Shown here piece by piece: positions 29,209 through 38,770 of a DNA stretch of 64,000 bases. A program made the position numbers and the translations under genes. Origin of the DNA: an uncultured Thermomicrobiales bacterium (GTDB lineage: Bacteria; Chloroflexota; Chloroflexia; Thermomicrobiales; UBA6265). A model generated the notes under the pieces. The model did not search any database and was not told where the DNA came from. It saw nothing but the letters and a program-made list of their open reading frames with translations. The stretch spans positions 6,724-70,723 of the forward strand of contig CADCWF010000148.1 of NCBI GenBank assembly GCA_902806345.1. Direction: 5' to 3'. Positions within the stretch are counted from its first letter, which is position 1. Each line of letters begins with the position of its first letter.

Positions 29209-29811
29209 CTACCTCGGCGGGGTATTCGTGTCGCCCGACTTGGCGGCACCGCGCCCGGCGGCCAGTTCCTCGCGCCGATCCAGAACCCGGCCCAGCACGC
29301 CGTTGATGAACCCGCCCGACCGCTCCCCGCCGAAACGCTTCGCCAGCTCGACCGCCTCGTTGATCGCCACCTTCGGTGGCACCTCCCGCTCGTAGAGCAG
29401 CTCATAGGTCGCGAGGCGGAGGACGCTGCGGTCGACGGCCGGGGTCTGCTCCTTGTTGAAGGCCGGGGCGAACTCCTCGAGCAGGGGGTCGATCTTGTAG
29501 AGGTGGAGCAGCACCCCGTGGACCAGCCGCTCGACGTACCCCTGGACGACCGGGTGTAGCGCCAACCGTGCCTCGGTGTCCTCGACATCGGCGTCGTCGC
29601 CGACGCCCTCGATAATGTTTGCCAGCGCCTGGCGCGGCTCGTGCCCGGTCAACTCCACCTCGTAGAGTGCCTGTAAGGCAAGCGCCCGGGCCTGATGCCG
29701 GAGAAGACCCGGATTCGCCGTCGACCCGTCGCCGGAATTGCCGCTCCGTCTCCGCCGCGGGGCCCTCCCGTTGCTGCCCCGCTGGACCCCGGTCCCATTG
29801 CTCGTCGCCAC
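29209..29811 (-). CDS. nusB: transcription antitermination factor NusB
   Basis: [14 protein letters not shown] ... INGVLGRV. It has an Arg-rich N-terminal extension, so the start is uncertain. Confidence 0.85.
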   Translation of the reverse strand: MATSNGTGVQRGSNGRAPRRRRSGNSGDGSTANPGLLRHQARALALQALYEVELTGHEPRQALANIIEGVGDDADVEDTEARLALHPVVQGYVERLVHGVLLHLYKIDPLLEEFAPAFNKEQTPAVDRSVLRLATYELLYEREVPPKVAINEAVELAKRFGGERSGGFINGVLGRVLDRREELAAGRGAAKSGDTNTPPR

Positions 29812-29917
29812 GATCGTTCGCCTCCAAGCTCCGCGTCCGGCCGCCGATTGGCGACGAGCACGTCATCCCTCGCTGTTGATCCGTTCCGACGCTGCCGGCC
29901 TTGCGTGCTCGTCTCTG

Positions 29918-31306
29918 TCACCGGTCGCCCGTGGAGCCTGCCGGAGGCACCAACCGCTCCAGGTGGGTGGCCAGGAACCCGGTGTGCAGATCCGCCCGCC
30001 GGAAAGCCTCGTCGGCGACCAGCCGGCGCAGGAATGGTGCCGTCTGTGGCAGACCGGCGATCACCGTCTCGGTCAGCGCCCGCTCCATCCTTGCCGCGGC
30101 TTCGTCCCGGTCCTGGCCCCAGGTCACCACTTTGGCCAGCAGCGAATCGTAGAAGGGCGGCACCGCGTACCCCGTGTAGAGGTGGGAATCAACCCGGACG
30201 CCCGGTCCGCCAGGCGCCACGTAGGTCGCTATCGTCCCGACGCCCGGTGCGAAATCGGCGGCGGCGTCCTCGGCGGTGATCCGGCACTCGATCGCATGGC
30301 CGCGCGGCGGGAATGCCTCCTGCTCAATCGTCAGCGGCAGGCCGGCGGCGATCCGGATCTGCCAGGCGACCAGGTCGATCCCCGTCACTTCCTCCGTCAC
30401 CGGGTGCTCGACCTGGATCCGGGTGTTCATCTCCATGAAGTAGAAGCGGCCGTCGGCATCGAGCAGGAACTCGAGCGTCCCGGCGTTCTCGTAGCCCACC
30501 GAGCGGGCGCCGGCGACGGCGGCGGCGAACAGCGCCGCCCGGATTTCCCCGTCGAGCCCGGGTGCCGGCGCTTCCTCGAGCACCTTCTGATGCCGTCGCT
30601 GGATCGAGCAGTCCCGCTCGCCGACGGCGACGACGCGGCCGTGGGCATCGCCGAGCACCTGGACCTCGACGTGGCGCGGCTTCTCAAGGTAGCGCTCCAG
30701 GTAGACCTCGCCGTTGCCGAAGGCGGCCTGGGCCTCGGCCTGGGCGACCGGCAGCAGGCGGACGACCTCTCCGTCGTCGTTGGCGACCCGCATCCCGCGG
30801 CCGCCACCACCGGCGACCGCCTTGATCAGAACCGGGAAACCGATTGCCGCCGCCGCCTTCCGCGCCGCCCCCAAAGTCTCGACCGGGCCGTCGGTGCCGG
30901 GCACCAGCGGCACCCCGGCCGCCGCCATGGTCGAGCGGGCCGCCGCCTTGTTGCCCATCCGCTCGATCGTCTCCGGTCGCGGGCCGATGAAGGTGACGCC
31001 GACCTGGGCGCAGATTTCGGCGAGGTAGGCGTTCTCGGCCAGGAAGCCGTAGCCAGGGTGGAGCGCGTCGCAGCCAGTCAGGAGGGCGGCGCTGACGATG
31101 GCCGGAATGCTGTTGTAGGAGCGGGCGGCCGGCCCGGGGCCGATGCAGACCGCCTCGTCGGCGAGGCGGACGGGCAGCGATTCCCGATCGGCATCGCTGT
31201 AGGCGACCACCGCCCGGATCCCGAGGTCGTGGCAGGCGCGGAGGACCCGGAGCGCGATCTCACCCCGGTTGGCGATCAGCACCTTGCGAAACAAGCCGTC
31301 TGCCAT
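29918..31306 (-). CDS. accC: acetyl-CoA carboxylase biotin carboxylase subunit
   Basis: Start at MADGLFRKVLIANRGEIALR. ATP-grasp motifs GGGGRGMR and EMNTRIQVEHPVTE. No accB is adjacent. Confidence 0.9.
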   Translation of the reverse strand: MADGLFRKVLIANRGEIALRVLRACHDLGIRAVVAYSDADRESLPVRLADEAVCIGPGPAARSYNSIPAIVSAALLTGCDALHPGYGFLAENAYLAEICAQVGVTFIGPRPETIERMGNKAAARSTMAAAGVPLVPGTDGPVETLGAARKAAAAIGFPVLIKAVAGGGGRGMRVANDDGEVVRLLPVAQAEAQAAFGNGEVYLERYLEKPRHVEVQVLGDAHGRVVAVGERDCSIQRRHQKVLEEAPAPGLDGEIRAALFAAAVAGARSVGYENAGTLEFLLDADGRFYFMEMNTRIQVEHPVTEEVTGIDLVAWQIRIAAGLPLTIEQEAFPPRGHAIECRITAEDAAADFAPGVGTIATYVAPGGPGVRVDSHLYTGYAVPPFYDSLLAKVVTWGQDRDEAAARMERALTETVIAGLPQTAPFLRRLVADEAFRRADLHTGFLATHLERLVPPAGSTGDR

Positions 31307-31614
31307 CTGCCCGGGAACCCCTCCAACCCACGCTCGTCCTGGAAGCCGCCGAACCCGGCAAGCATAGACGACCACGATCCGGCGGTTAGGACTTCTTTCG
31401 CGATCTGGATGACACCGTTTTGACACGCCGGGGTGGGGTATCGGTAATCACGAAGGGGCTCGCGTAAACGCGGCTCCCGGAACACAGTCGTTGTTCGACC
31501 GTGGTCGCCTAGAGGACGCCGGACGCCGCCGTCCCCGCGCGACCCGGCGCAGGGTCCGCGATACCCCGGCGACGAGACGGCGGTGCCGTCCGCTCCGGCA
31601 GAGAGGACCCGAGC

Positions 31615-33945
31615 ATGCTCCAGACTCGCCCCCGGCTGCTCCCGGTTGATCCGCTCGACCCCTGCCGATCGCCCGCGGCGACCGGCTCGGCGTTTTCGCG
31701 GATCGACCTCCACCTCCACTCCCGGGCCTCCGGCGCCGCCGCCAACTGGTGGGTCAAGAGCCTCGGCCTCGGCTTCGAGACGCGGGAGTCGTATACCGAC
31801 CCGGAGGCCGCCTACGGGATGGTCAAGGCGGCCGGGATGGACTTCGCCACTCTGACGGACCACGAGACGATCGACGGCGCACTCGAACTGCTCGACCGCC
31901 CCGATTTCGTGATCGGCGAAGAAGTCAACGCCCGGTTCCCGGAAGACCGTTCGAGCGTCGACGTCCTCGTCTATGGAGTGACCGAGGCCCACCACCCGGA
32001 ACTCCAGGCCCGCCGGGGTGATGTCTACGCCCTGGTCGACTTCCTCCGCGAGACGCGGCTGGTTGCCGTGCTCGCCCACCCCGTCTTCGAGATGGACGCC
32101 CGCCTCGACCGCCCGATGATCGAAAAGCGGCTCCTCCTCTTCGGGCTCTGGGAATTCATCAACGGTTCCCGGCCGGCGAGCCAGAACTCGCTGACGGGAC
32201 GGATCGCGGCGGGTGTCGATGCCGCGACGCTCCGCCAGCTCGCGGCGATCCACGGTCTGCCCGTGCCTCCCCATCGCCGCATCGCCGGCACCGGCGGCTC
32301 CGACGACCACGGCAGCATGTACGGCGGGACGACCCACACCCTCATGCCGAAGGTGGAGACAACCGGCGATCTGCTTGAGGCGCTGCGGGCCAGTGAGGTT
32401 TGGCCCTCCGGCGAAGACGGCCACGTCGACAAGATGGCCCACACCGGCTTCAAGATCGCCGGCCTCGCCTTCAAGGAGAGCGGGTCGGTCCAGCCAAGCG
32501 AGGGCGTCGAGTCGAGGCTCTTCGAGTACCTGCCTCTGCTGGCGATGTTCTCCGGCACTCAGATCCGGCGAGCCATTACCGGCCGCTACGAGACGCGGAT
32601 CGCGGAATCGCTCGCGGCGACCAGAGGCAATGCCCCGATCCTGAAGGCGTTGACCCGGGTCGGCAGCCTCGTCGATGCCCACCTCTTCCTGGCGCCGTAC
32701 CTCGGCGTCCACGGCTATTTCGGGCGGGAACGGCAGAAGGCCCGCCGCCTCTCCGACACCCTCGCCCTCGGGCCGGAGCGGCCGTTGCGGATCGGCGTCT
32801 TCGTCGACGACCTCGACGAGGTCCACGGCGTCGCCACGATGTACGCGAACCTGGAGCAGACCGACGGCGCCGTCCACGGCGTCGAGTTGGAGATGATCCG
32901 CTGCGGCGCTCCCGATTCCGCAGCCCACCTCCGATCGATCGCCACCCTGCCGATGCCGCTCTACGCCGGCCGCAGCCTCGGCATGCCGTCGCTGATCGAC
33001 GTCCTCGACCTGATCGCCGAGCGCGAGTTCGATGTCCTCCACATCTCGGCGCCGGGGCCGCTCGGCCTAAGCGCGATGGCCGCCGGTCTCACCCTGGGCA
33101 TCCCGCTGGTCGGCGCCTACCACACCGAGTTCGGCCGCTACGCCCACTTTCTCTCGGGCGACGCGATGCTGGGCGACATCGTCGAGGTTCTCGTCCGCGG
33201 CTTCTACGAGCGGTGCGCGACCGTCGCAGTGCCATCCGCCCGGACGGCCGACGCGCTACGGAGCCGGGGCTACCGGATCGACCGCTTTGATGTATTGCGC
33301 AACGGCGTTGACACAGACCTCTACTCGCCGGCTCGGCGCGACGAGGCTCTCCACCGCCGGCTCGGCGGCGGCAAGACGCTCCTGCTCTACGCGGGTCGGA
33401 TCAGCGTCGAGAAAGGGTTGGATCGTCTCGCCGAGCAGTATCGGACCCTGCGGTCCCGCCGCGACGATGTCCACCTCGTCCTGGTCGGCGACGGTCCCGA
33501 CCGCGCGGCGATGGCCGCCCTCCTCGACGACTCGGCCACCTTCACGGGCTTCCTGCGCGGGGAGGAATTGGCGAGGACGGTCGCCTCGGCCGATCTCTTC
33601 GCCTTCCCCAGCCGGACCGACACCCTCGGCCGGGCCGTCATCGAAGCGCAGGCGTGTGGGCTGCCTGCCGTCGTCTTCGGCACCGGCGGTCCCCAGGAGT
33701 GCATCATCCCCGGCGTCACCGGCCTCGTGGCCGGGAACGACGCCGAGTTCGGCGCCCTCCTTGAATGGCTGCTCGACGACGCTGACCTGCGGGCCGAGAT
33801 GGGCGCCGCCGCCGCCGCCTTCGCCGCCGATCTGACCTCGGACCGGGTCATGGCGGGGCTCGCCGCCCTCTACCGGGAGGTCGCGCGAATGCCGGTCCCG
33901 CCCGTCGCCGATCCGCTGGCCGCGGTGGTGCCGGCGTTCGCCTGA
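31615..33945 (+). CDS. fusion protein: N-terminal PHP-type metal-dependent phosphoesterase domain + C-terminal GT4 (group 1) glycosyltransferase
   Basis: N-terminal part: IDLHLHSRAS, TLTDHETIDG, GGSDDHG. C-terminal part: VGRISVEKG, FAFPSRTDTLGRAVIEAQACGLPAV (the E-x7-E region). Confidence 0.8.
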   Translation: MLQTRPRLLPVDPLDPCRSPAATGSAFSRIDLHLHSRASGAAANWWVKSLGLGFETRESYTDPEAAYGMVKAAGMDFATLTDHETIDGALELLDRPDFVIGEEVNARFPEDRSSVDVLVYGVTEAHHPELQARRGDVYALVDFLRETRLVAVLAHPVFEMDARLDRPMIEKRLLLFGLWEFINGSRPASQNSLTGRIAAGVDAATLRQLAAIHGLPVPPHRRIAGTGGSDDHGSMYGGTTHTLMPKVETTGDLLEALRASEVWPSGEDGHVDKMAHTGFKIAGLAFKESGSVQPSEGVESRLFEYLPLLAMFSGTQIRRAITGRYETRIAESLAATRGNAPILKALTRVGSLVDAHLFLAPYLGVHGYFGRERQKARRLSDTLALGPERPLRIGVFVDDLDEVHGVATMYANLEQTDGAVHGVELEMIRCGAPDSAAHLRSIATLPMPLYAGRSLGMPSLIDVLDLIAEREFDVLHISAPGPLGLSAMAAGLTLGIPLVGAYHTEFGRYAHFLSGDAMLGDIVEVLVRGFYERCATVAVPSARTADALRSRGYRIDRFDVLRNGVDTDLYSPARRDEALHRRLGGGKTLLLYAGRISVEKGLDRLAEQYRTLRSRRDDVHLVLVGDGPDRAAMAALLDDSATFTGFLRGEELARTVASADLFAFPSRTDTLGRAVIEAQACGLPAVVFGTGGPQECIIPGVTGLVAGNDAEFGALLEWLLDDADLRAEMGAAAAAFAADLTSDRVMAGLAALYREVARMPVPPVADPLAAVVPAFA

Positions 33946-33976
33946 GGGCAGGCCCGGCCGCCGATGATCGACGCGT

Positions 33977-34750
33977 TTAGACCATGAAGAGGCCGCCGTC
34001 CACGGTCAGGATGTGGCCGGTGATGAACCCGGCATCGGGCGACGCCAGGAAGGCGACCGCCGACGCTACGTCCTCCGGGGCACCGAACCGGCCGAGCGGG
34101 GTCTGCTTGAGCAGTCCCTGCTTCAGCTCGTCGGTCAGGTTCTCCGTCATCCGGGTCTCGATAAAGCCAGGGGCGACGGCGTTGACGGTGATCCCGCGCG
34201 AGCCGACCTCCTTCGCCAGCGACTTTGTGAACCCGACCAGCCCAGCCTTGGCGGCGGCGTAGTTCGCCTGGCCGGCGTTGCCGACGAGACCGACGACGGA
34301 GGTGATGCTCACGATCCGACCGGAACGCTGGCGGAGCATCGGCCGGATCGCCGCTTTCGAACAGAGGAAGACCCCTTTCAGGTTCGTCGTCAGGACCCCG
34401 TCCCAATCCTCCTCGGTCATTCGCAGCAGCAGGGAGTCGCGGGTGATGCCGGCGTTGTTCACAAGCACGTCGATCCGACCCAGACGCTCGACGGCGGTCT
34501 CGATGGTGCGGGCCGCGCCCTCCCCCGTCGAGATATCGGCTTGCAGCGTCTCGACTCGGCGGTCACCTCCGGCGAGCGTCTCGACGGCATCGGCGGCGGC
34601 CGCCTCGTCTCCCTTGTAGGTCAGCAGCAGATCGTGACCGTCGGCGGCCAGCCGCCTCGCCACCGCGAGACCGATCCCCCGCGTTCCGCCGGTGACCACC
34701 GCGACCGGCATCACCCCTCGTTCCGCCACGGCTCCTTCCGGCTCAGACAC
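33977..34750 (-). CDS. fabG: 3-oxoacyl-ACP reductase
   Basis: TGGTRGIG, NNAG, YAAAKAG. Overlaps the fabH stop by 8 nt. Confidence 0.9.
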   Translation of the reverse strand: MSEPEGAVAERGVMPVAVVTGGTRGIGLAVARRLAADGHDLLLTYKGDEAAAADAVETLAGGDRRVETLQADISTGEGAARTIETAVERLGRIDVLVNNAGITRDSLLLRMTEEDWDGVLTTNLKGVFLCSKAAIRPMLRQRSGRIVSITSVVGLVGNAGQANYAAAKAGLVGFTKSLAKEVGSRGITVNAVAPGFIETRMTENLTDELKQGLLKQTPLGRFGAPEDVASAVAFLASPDAGFITGHILTVDGGLFMV

Positions 34751-35843
34751 CGGCCACCTCGACGGCGCGGCCGTTCGCGGCCGCCCCCGTTGCGATCCTA
34801 CGTCCGCCGCCGTCGACGGCCGTCCCGACGCCCCCGGGGGGGACGGTGCGCTTCACCCCGGCGATCCCCCAGCGAACGACTCCTGCGGCCCATGAGAGAC
34901 CGGCGCCGAACGCGACGAGCACCAGGTTGTCGCCTTCGGCGAACCGTCCTGTCGCCTCGGCCTCGGCCAGCGCGATCGGCACCGAGGCGGCCGAGGTGTT
35001 GCCGTAGCGGTCGAGGTTGCTCCAGACCTTCTCCAGCGGGAGGTCGAGTCGACGGGCCGCGGCGTCGATGATCCGGGCGTTGGCCTGGTGGGGAATTAGC
35101 ATCTCGACGTCGCCGAACCCGAGCCCGGCCCGCTCGACCGCCTCGGCGGCGGCGTCCCCCATTGCCCGCACCGCGAACCGGAACACCTCTTGCCCGTTCA
35201 TCTGGAGATAGGGGCGGAACTCCGGGAAAAGGGCGGCCGATTCCGGCACGACAGCGCCCCAGCCGGGCGCGTAGAGGTGGCGGTTGCCGGCGCCATCGGC
35301 GCCGAGGACGGTGCTAAGGAGGCCCCGCGGCTCGTCGCTCGCCTCAAGCACCACCGCCCCGGCGCCGTCGCCAAAGAGAATGCAGGTCGAGCGGTCGGTG
35401 TAGTCGACGAACCGCGTCAGCGTGTCGGCGCCGATGACGAGGACCCGCTCGTGGATGCCGTGCTGGACGAAGAGCGAGGCGACCGAGAGGGCGTAGACGA
35501 ACCCGGAACAAGCGGCGCCGACATCGAAGGCGGCGGCCCGACCGCCGAGTTCGGCCTGGACGAGGCACGCCTCGGAGACGACGAACTGGTCGGGGGTGCA
35601 GGTCGCGACAACGATCAGGTCGATCTCATCGGGGGTCAGATCGGCACGCGCCAGCGCCTGGCGGGCGGCGGCCGCAGAGAGCGAGGTGGTCGAGTCGTCG
35701 GGGCCGACGACCCGCCGCTCCCGGATCCCGGTTCGGCTAACGATCCACTCGTCGGAGGTGTCGACCATCCGCTCGAGGTCGGCGTTGGTGAGGACGCGCT
35801 CCGGAACCGACATCCCCCAGCCGGTGATCGCCGCGTACCGCAT
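34743..35843 (-). CDS. fabH: 3-oxoacyl-ACP synthase III
   Basis: ATG 35843 (MRYAAITGWG). Active-site GAACSGF, HQAN, GNTSAAS. It has a C-terminal extension of about 35 aa. Confidence 0.9.
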   Translation of the reverse strand: MRYAAITGWGMSVPERVLTNADLERMVDTSDEWIVSRTGIRERRVVGPDDSTTSLSAAAARQALARADLTPDEIDLIVVATCTPDQFVVSEACLVQAELGGRAAAFDVGAACSGFVYALSVASLFVQHGIHERVLVIGADTLTRFVDYTDRSTCILFGDGAGAVVLEASDEPRGLLSTVLGADGAGNRHLYAPGWGAVVPESAALFPEFRPYLQMNGQEVFRFAVRAMGDAAAEAVERAGLGFGDVEMLIPHQANARIIDAAARRLDLPLEKVWSNLDRYGNTSAASVPIALAEAEATGRFAEGDNLVLVAFGAGLSWAAGVVRWGIAGVKRTVPPGGVGTAVDGGGRRIATGAAANGRAVEVAGV

Positions 35844-36037
35844 GGCCTTCTCCCCGGAGCCCACCGGACGCTGCGCGCCGGTCTCCGGCGACGTGCTGGG
35901 GCGCGGCCTGGTACCGCGCGGACCGGCAGTGTGCCGCGAACGGGCCGGCCGGCGCAACGGCCGGGCAACACCGACGGAGGGCGGGCGGCTCGCCCGCCCT
36001 CCGCTCCGAAGGCACGATCGTCGGCGGTCTCGACCGC

Positions 36038-36235
36038 CTACTCCGCCTTGCGCCGCGCCTGGATCTGGATCACCTGCCGCCCGCGGTAAACACCGCAAGT
36101 GGGACAGACGTGATGCGAGAGCTTCTTCTCGCCACAACTGCGGCACGGCACCAGATTCAGGTCCGGGATGAAGTGGAGGCGACGGCGATTCCCCCTCCGT
36201 CTTCGACTGATCTTCTGCTTCGGCAGCGCGCCCAT
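36038..36235 (-). CDS. rpmF: 50S ribosomal protein L32
   Basis: 65 aa, MGALPKQKISRRRRGNRR, zinc ribbon CRSCG...CPTCG. Only the last third of the 202-aa track ORF is real. Confidence 0.9.
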   Translation of the reverse strand: MGALPKQKISRRRRGNRRRLHFIPDLNLVPCRSCGEKKLSHHVCPTCGVYRGRQVIQIQARRKAE

Positions 36236-36275
36236 CTCGATCTCCTCCGCGGGACCACCGGTCCCACCGCTCCAT

Positions 36276-36869
36276 CTATCGCCGGGGATCCGATCCCCGA
36301 CCGATTTCATCCATCTCGTCGCCCAGCAACAGGGCAAGCGCCGCCAACCGGTCGTCGACCGCCCTGTTCGCTGGTGCGTCCTCGGCCGCTCCAACAACCA
36401 GGACTCCCGGTCCCGGACAGCGTTCGCCGCAATCGGGCCGCATCGGCAGCGCCACCAGGATCTCCTGCCGCAGCACCTCGCCGAGGTCCAACTCGTGGTT
36501 CTCGTCGATCCAGGCGGTGTGGTCGTCCTCGTCGCCGTTCGGCAGGAGATCGATCCCCGTCCGCACGTCGACCATCTGACGGAATTCCTCGTCGAACGCC
36601 GTCGCGAATCGCTCGTCGTACTCCCGCAGGCATCGGGCGCACTCAAGCTCCACGGTGCCCTCGACGGCGACCTTGGCGATGATGCCGTCCCGCAGGCGGG
36701 TCAAGCGGACATCGCCCACGACATCGTCGGCAACGAGCTCGTCGTCAAGCGGGAAGCGGTCCAGGACGAGCCGGTAGGTCCGGACGGCTCCGGTCGCGCC
36801 CTTGAGCAGCCCGGCGACGTTGACCGCGGTGTCGTTGCGGATTTCCTGCTCGTGCCCGCGGTCTGTCAT
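36276..36869 (-). CDS. yceD: DUF177/YceD family protein (large-subunit rRNA accumulation)
   Basis: 197 aa, with CARCL...CPG Cys pairs and the conserved position directly upstream of rpmF. Confidence 0.85.
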   Translation of the reverse strand: MTDRGHEQEIRNDTAVNVAGLLKGATGAVRTYRLVLDRFPLDDELVADDVVGDVRLTRLRDGIIAKVAVEGTVELECARCLREYDERFATAFDEEFRQMVDVRTGIDLLPNGDEDDHTAWIDENHELDLGEVLRQEILVALPMRPDCGERCPGPGVLVVGAAEDAPANRAVDDRLAALALLLGDEMDEIGRGSDPRR

Positions 36870-36996
36870 GAGATCCGTCGCTAGATCATACCGAACCGAA
36901 GCGCCGGATTGCTCCGGCGCAACTTACGTAGTTTAGTGCAAGGAGAGGATCGTCAACCAGTCGGCGAGTGGTAGGTCGTGAAGCGTGAGGCGGGGG

Positions 36997-37542
36997 CTAC
37001 TCGCCGATGTGGCGCTTGGCGGATTCCATCTCTGCGGTCGACTCGCGGACGGCGTCGAGGATGATCTGCATCCCCTGCTGGATGGCGTCCTCGACGCGGG
37101 TGAACTGCTGGAGGGCGTACTGGTCGATCTGGCCGAGCGAGCGCTTGTGCTCCTGCTCCACCTGGCGCAGGAGCTCTTCCCCGCGCTGCCGCGCCTCGTT
37201 GAGGACGCCCTGCTGGGACACGATGTACTCGGCCTGCTGCCGCGCCACGTCGAGGATCTTGGCGGCCTCCGCCTGGGCTTCGGCGACGATCGCCTCCCGC
37301 TCGCCGATCACGCGCTGGGCCTGCCGAATCTCGTTCGGCACCGTCGCCCGCAGTTGGTCGACCAGGGCCAGGAAATCGACCTCCTCGACCATCACCCGGT
37401 TGCTGAAAGGCACCCGCTTGCCGATGCCGACCAATTCTTCCAGGCGGTCGACCAGGTAGAGGATGTCGGCCGCGCCGTCGGCCGGGACGTCGGCAACGCC
37501 GTCCTCCGCCGCCCGTCCCACTCCCGGACCCCCCTCACGCAT
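36997..37542 (-). CDS. coiled-coil protein (ATP synthase b / V-ATPase subunit H-like), function unknown
   Basis: A long heptad-like Q/E/A-rich helix (EAIVAEAQAEAAKILDVARQQAEYIV...). Its start overlaps the coaD stop by 8 nt. Confidence 0.65.
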   Translation of the reverse strand: MREGGPGVGRAAEDGVADVPADGAADILYLVDRLEELVGIGKRVPFSNRVMVEEVDFLALVDQLRATVPNEIRQAQRVIGEREAIVAEAQAEAAKILDVARQQAEYIVSQQGVLNEARQRGEELLRQVEQEHKRSLGQIDQYALQQFTRVEDAIQQGMQIILDAVRESTAEMESAKRHIGE

Positions 37543-38050
37543 GGTCGCCTCCCCGTCCGGCCGGCCCCGTCCCGGCAAACCGGGCCCGCAACGCCTGCCG
37601 CACGTGGGGCGGCACCAGCCCATCGACGTCGCCGCCGAGGGAGGCGACCTCGCGGATCATGCTGGAACTGATGAAGGAATGGCGGGAGGAGGTCATCAGG
37701 CAGACCACCTCGACCTCGGGTGCCAGGTGATCATTCATGTGGGCGAGCTTGAACTCGTACTCGAAGTCGGAGACGGCGCGCAGCCCGCGAACGATCGTCT
37801 CTGCCCCCTTCGCCCGGGCGTACTCGACCGTCAGCCCGGAAAAGCTATCGACGCGGACGCACGCCGCGTCGGCGAAGCTGGACTCGGCGAGGGCAATCCG
37901 CTCCTCGGTCGAGAAGAGGGCGTTCGGCTTGTGGCCGCCAGCGTAGACCGCGACGACCACCTCGTCGAACAGCTTGGCTGCCCGGAGCGCCACGTCGATG
38001 TGCCCGTAGGTGATCGGGTCGAAGCTGCCCGGGTAGATCGCTCGCCGCAT
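37535..38050 (-). CDS. coaD: pantetheine-phosphate adenylyltransferase
   Basis: MRRAIYPGSFDPITYGHIDV (the H/TxGH motif) and ISSSMIRE. Confidence 0.9.
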   Translation of the reverse strand: MRRAIYPGSFDPITYGHIDVALRAAKLFDEVVVAVYAGGHKPNALFSTEERIALAESSFADAACVRVDSFSGLTVEYARAKGAETIVRGLRAVSDFEYEFKLAHMNDHLAPEVEVVCLMTSSRHSFISSSMIREVASLGGDVDGLVPPHVRQALRARFAGTGPAGRGGDHA

Positions 38051-38684
38051 CCTCGTCCGTCTCGTCCACTGCGCCGCCCGCCGCGGGCGGCGCGGCACCG
38101 CCGGCGCTGGCCTGGCCGCGTTCGGTGACGTCGTAGAGCGAGAAGCAGCTGTCGCCGTGGCAGCGCTCCCGGAGCCGCTCCAACCGCCCCAGCCGCTCGG
38201 GCAGGGTCACCCGCGGCGAGTGGCCGATCGCGACGACCGTGCCGGATTGTACCAGCGGCGAGTCTCCGACCCGCTCCAGCGTCGTCACAATCTCGGGGTC
38301 GGCATAGGGCGGGTCCATGATGACGAGGTCGTAGGGCTTCTGGCCCCCGCCGCCTCGCTCCGCCCGCGGCAGGAACGACGCCACCGGCGCCAGGTAGACC
38401 CTGGCCCGGTCGGCCATCTTGGTGTGCGCCAGGTTGGTCTTGACCACCGCCGCCGCTGCGGCGTTCTGCTCGACGAAATCGGCCCAGGCGGCGCCGCGCG
38501 AAAGCGCCTCAATGCCGATGCTGCCGGTGCCGGCATAGAGGTCGAGGACGCGCTCCGGCTCGACCCCGAGCGAGGCGAGCATCGAGAAGAGGGCGCCCTT
38601 GATCTTGTCGGCCATCGGCCGGGTGAAGGGACCGGCCGGCCCCGTCAGGCGGAACCCCTTGGCCTCCCCTCCGATTACGCGCAC
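37845..38684 (-). CDS. rsmD: 16S rRNA (guanine966-N2)-methyltransferase RsmD with an aberrant 3' extension into coaD
   Basis: GTG 38684 after GGAGGG. TRPMADKIKGALFSML, DLYAGTGSIGIEALSRG, IMDPPY. The canonical domain ends near 38130, but there is no stop until 37845. Confidence 0.8.
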   Translation of the reverse strand: MRVIGGEAKGFRLTGPAGPFTRPMADKIKGALFSMLASLGVEPERVLDLYAGTGSIGIEALSRGAAWADFVEQNAAAAAVVKTNLAHTKMADRARVYLAPVASFLPRAERGGGGQKPYDLVIMDPPYADPEIVTTLERVGDSPLVQSGTVVAIGHSPRVTLPERLGRLERLRERCHGDSCFSLYDVTERGQASAGGAAPPAAGGAVDETDEDAASDLPGQLRPDHLRAHRRGAPGSQAVRRGGRRGLRWRPQAERPLLDRGADCPRRVQLRRRGVRPRR

Positions 38685-38705
38685 ATCGCCCTCCGTTGGA
38701 GAGCT

Positions 38706-38737
38706 GTCGAGGAGTCGAGGGGTCGAGGGGTCGAGGA
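38706..38737 (+). repeat. 4 tandem octamers GTCGAGG(A/G)
   Basis: GTCGAGGA GTCGAGGG GTCGAGGG GTCGAGGA. The inverted partner CTCGACTCCTCGAC at 38793-38806 is an exact reverse complement of 38706-38719. Confidence 0.7.
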
Positions 38738-38740
38738 GAG

Positions 38741-38770
38741 AGAAACGGGGCGGCGAATCATGGCCGCCCC
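38741..38770 (-). terminator. possible terminator hairpin downstream of the 38941-39288 ORF
   Basis: GGGGCGGC-8nt-GCCGCCCC is a perfect 8-bp stem. It is followed on the minus strand by GTTTCTCTCTCC. Confidence 0.4.

Noticed and set aside
36236-36646. An N-terminal 137-aa extension of the L32 ORF.
   Set aside because: L32 is complete from ATG 36235 (65 aa). The upstream part overlaps yceD out of frame.
38706-38737. A possible CRISPR-like or minisatellite array.
   Set aside because: There are only four 8-nt units with no spacers. This is far too short and regular for CRISPR, so it is reported as a simple tandem repeat.
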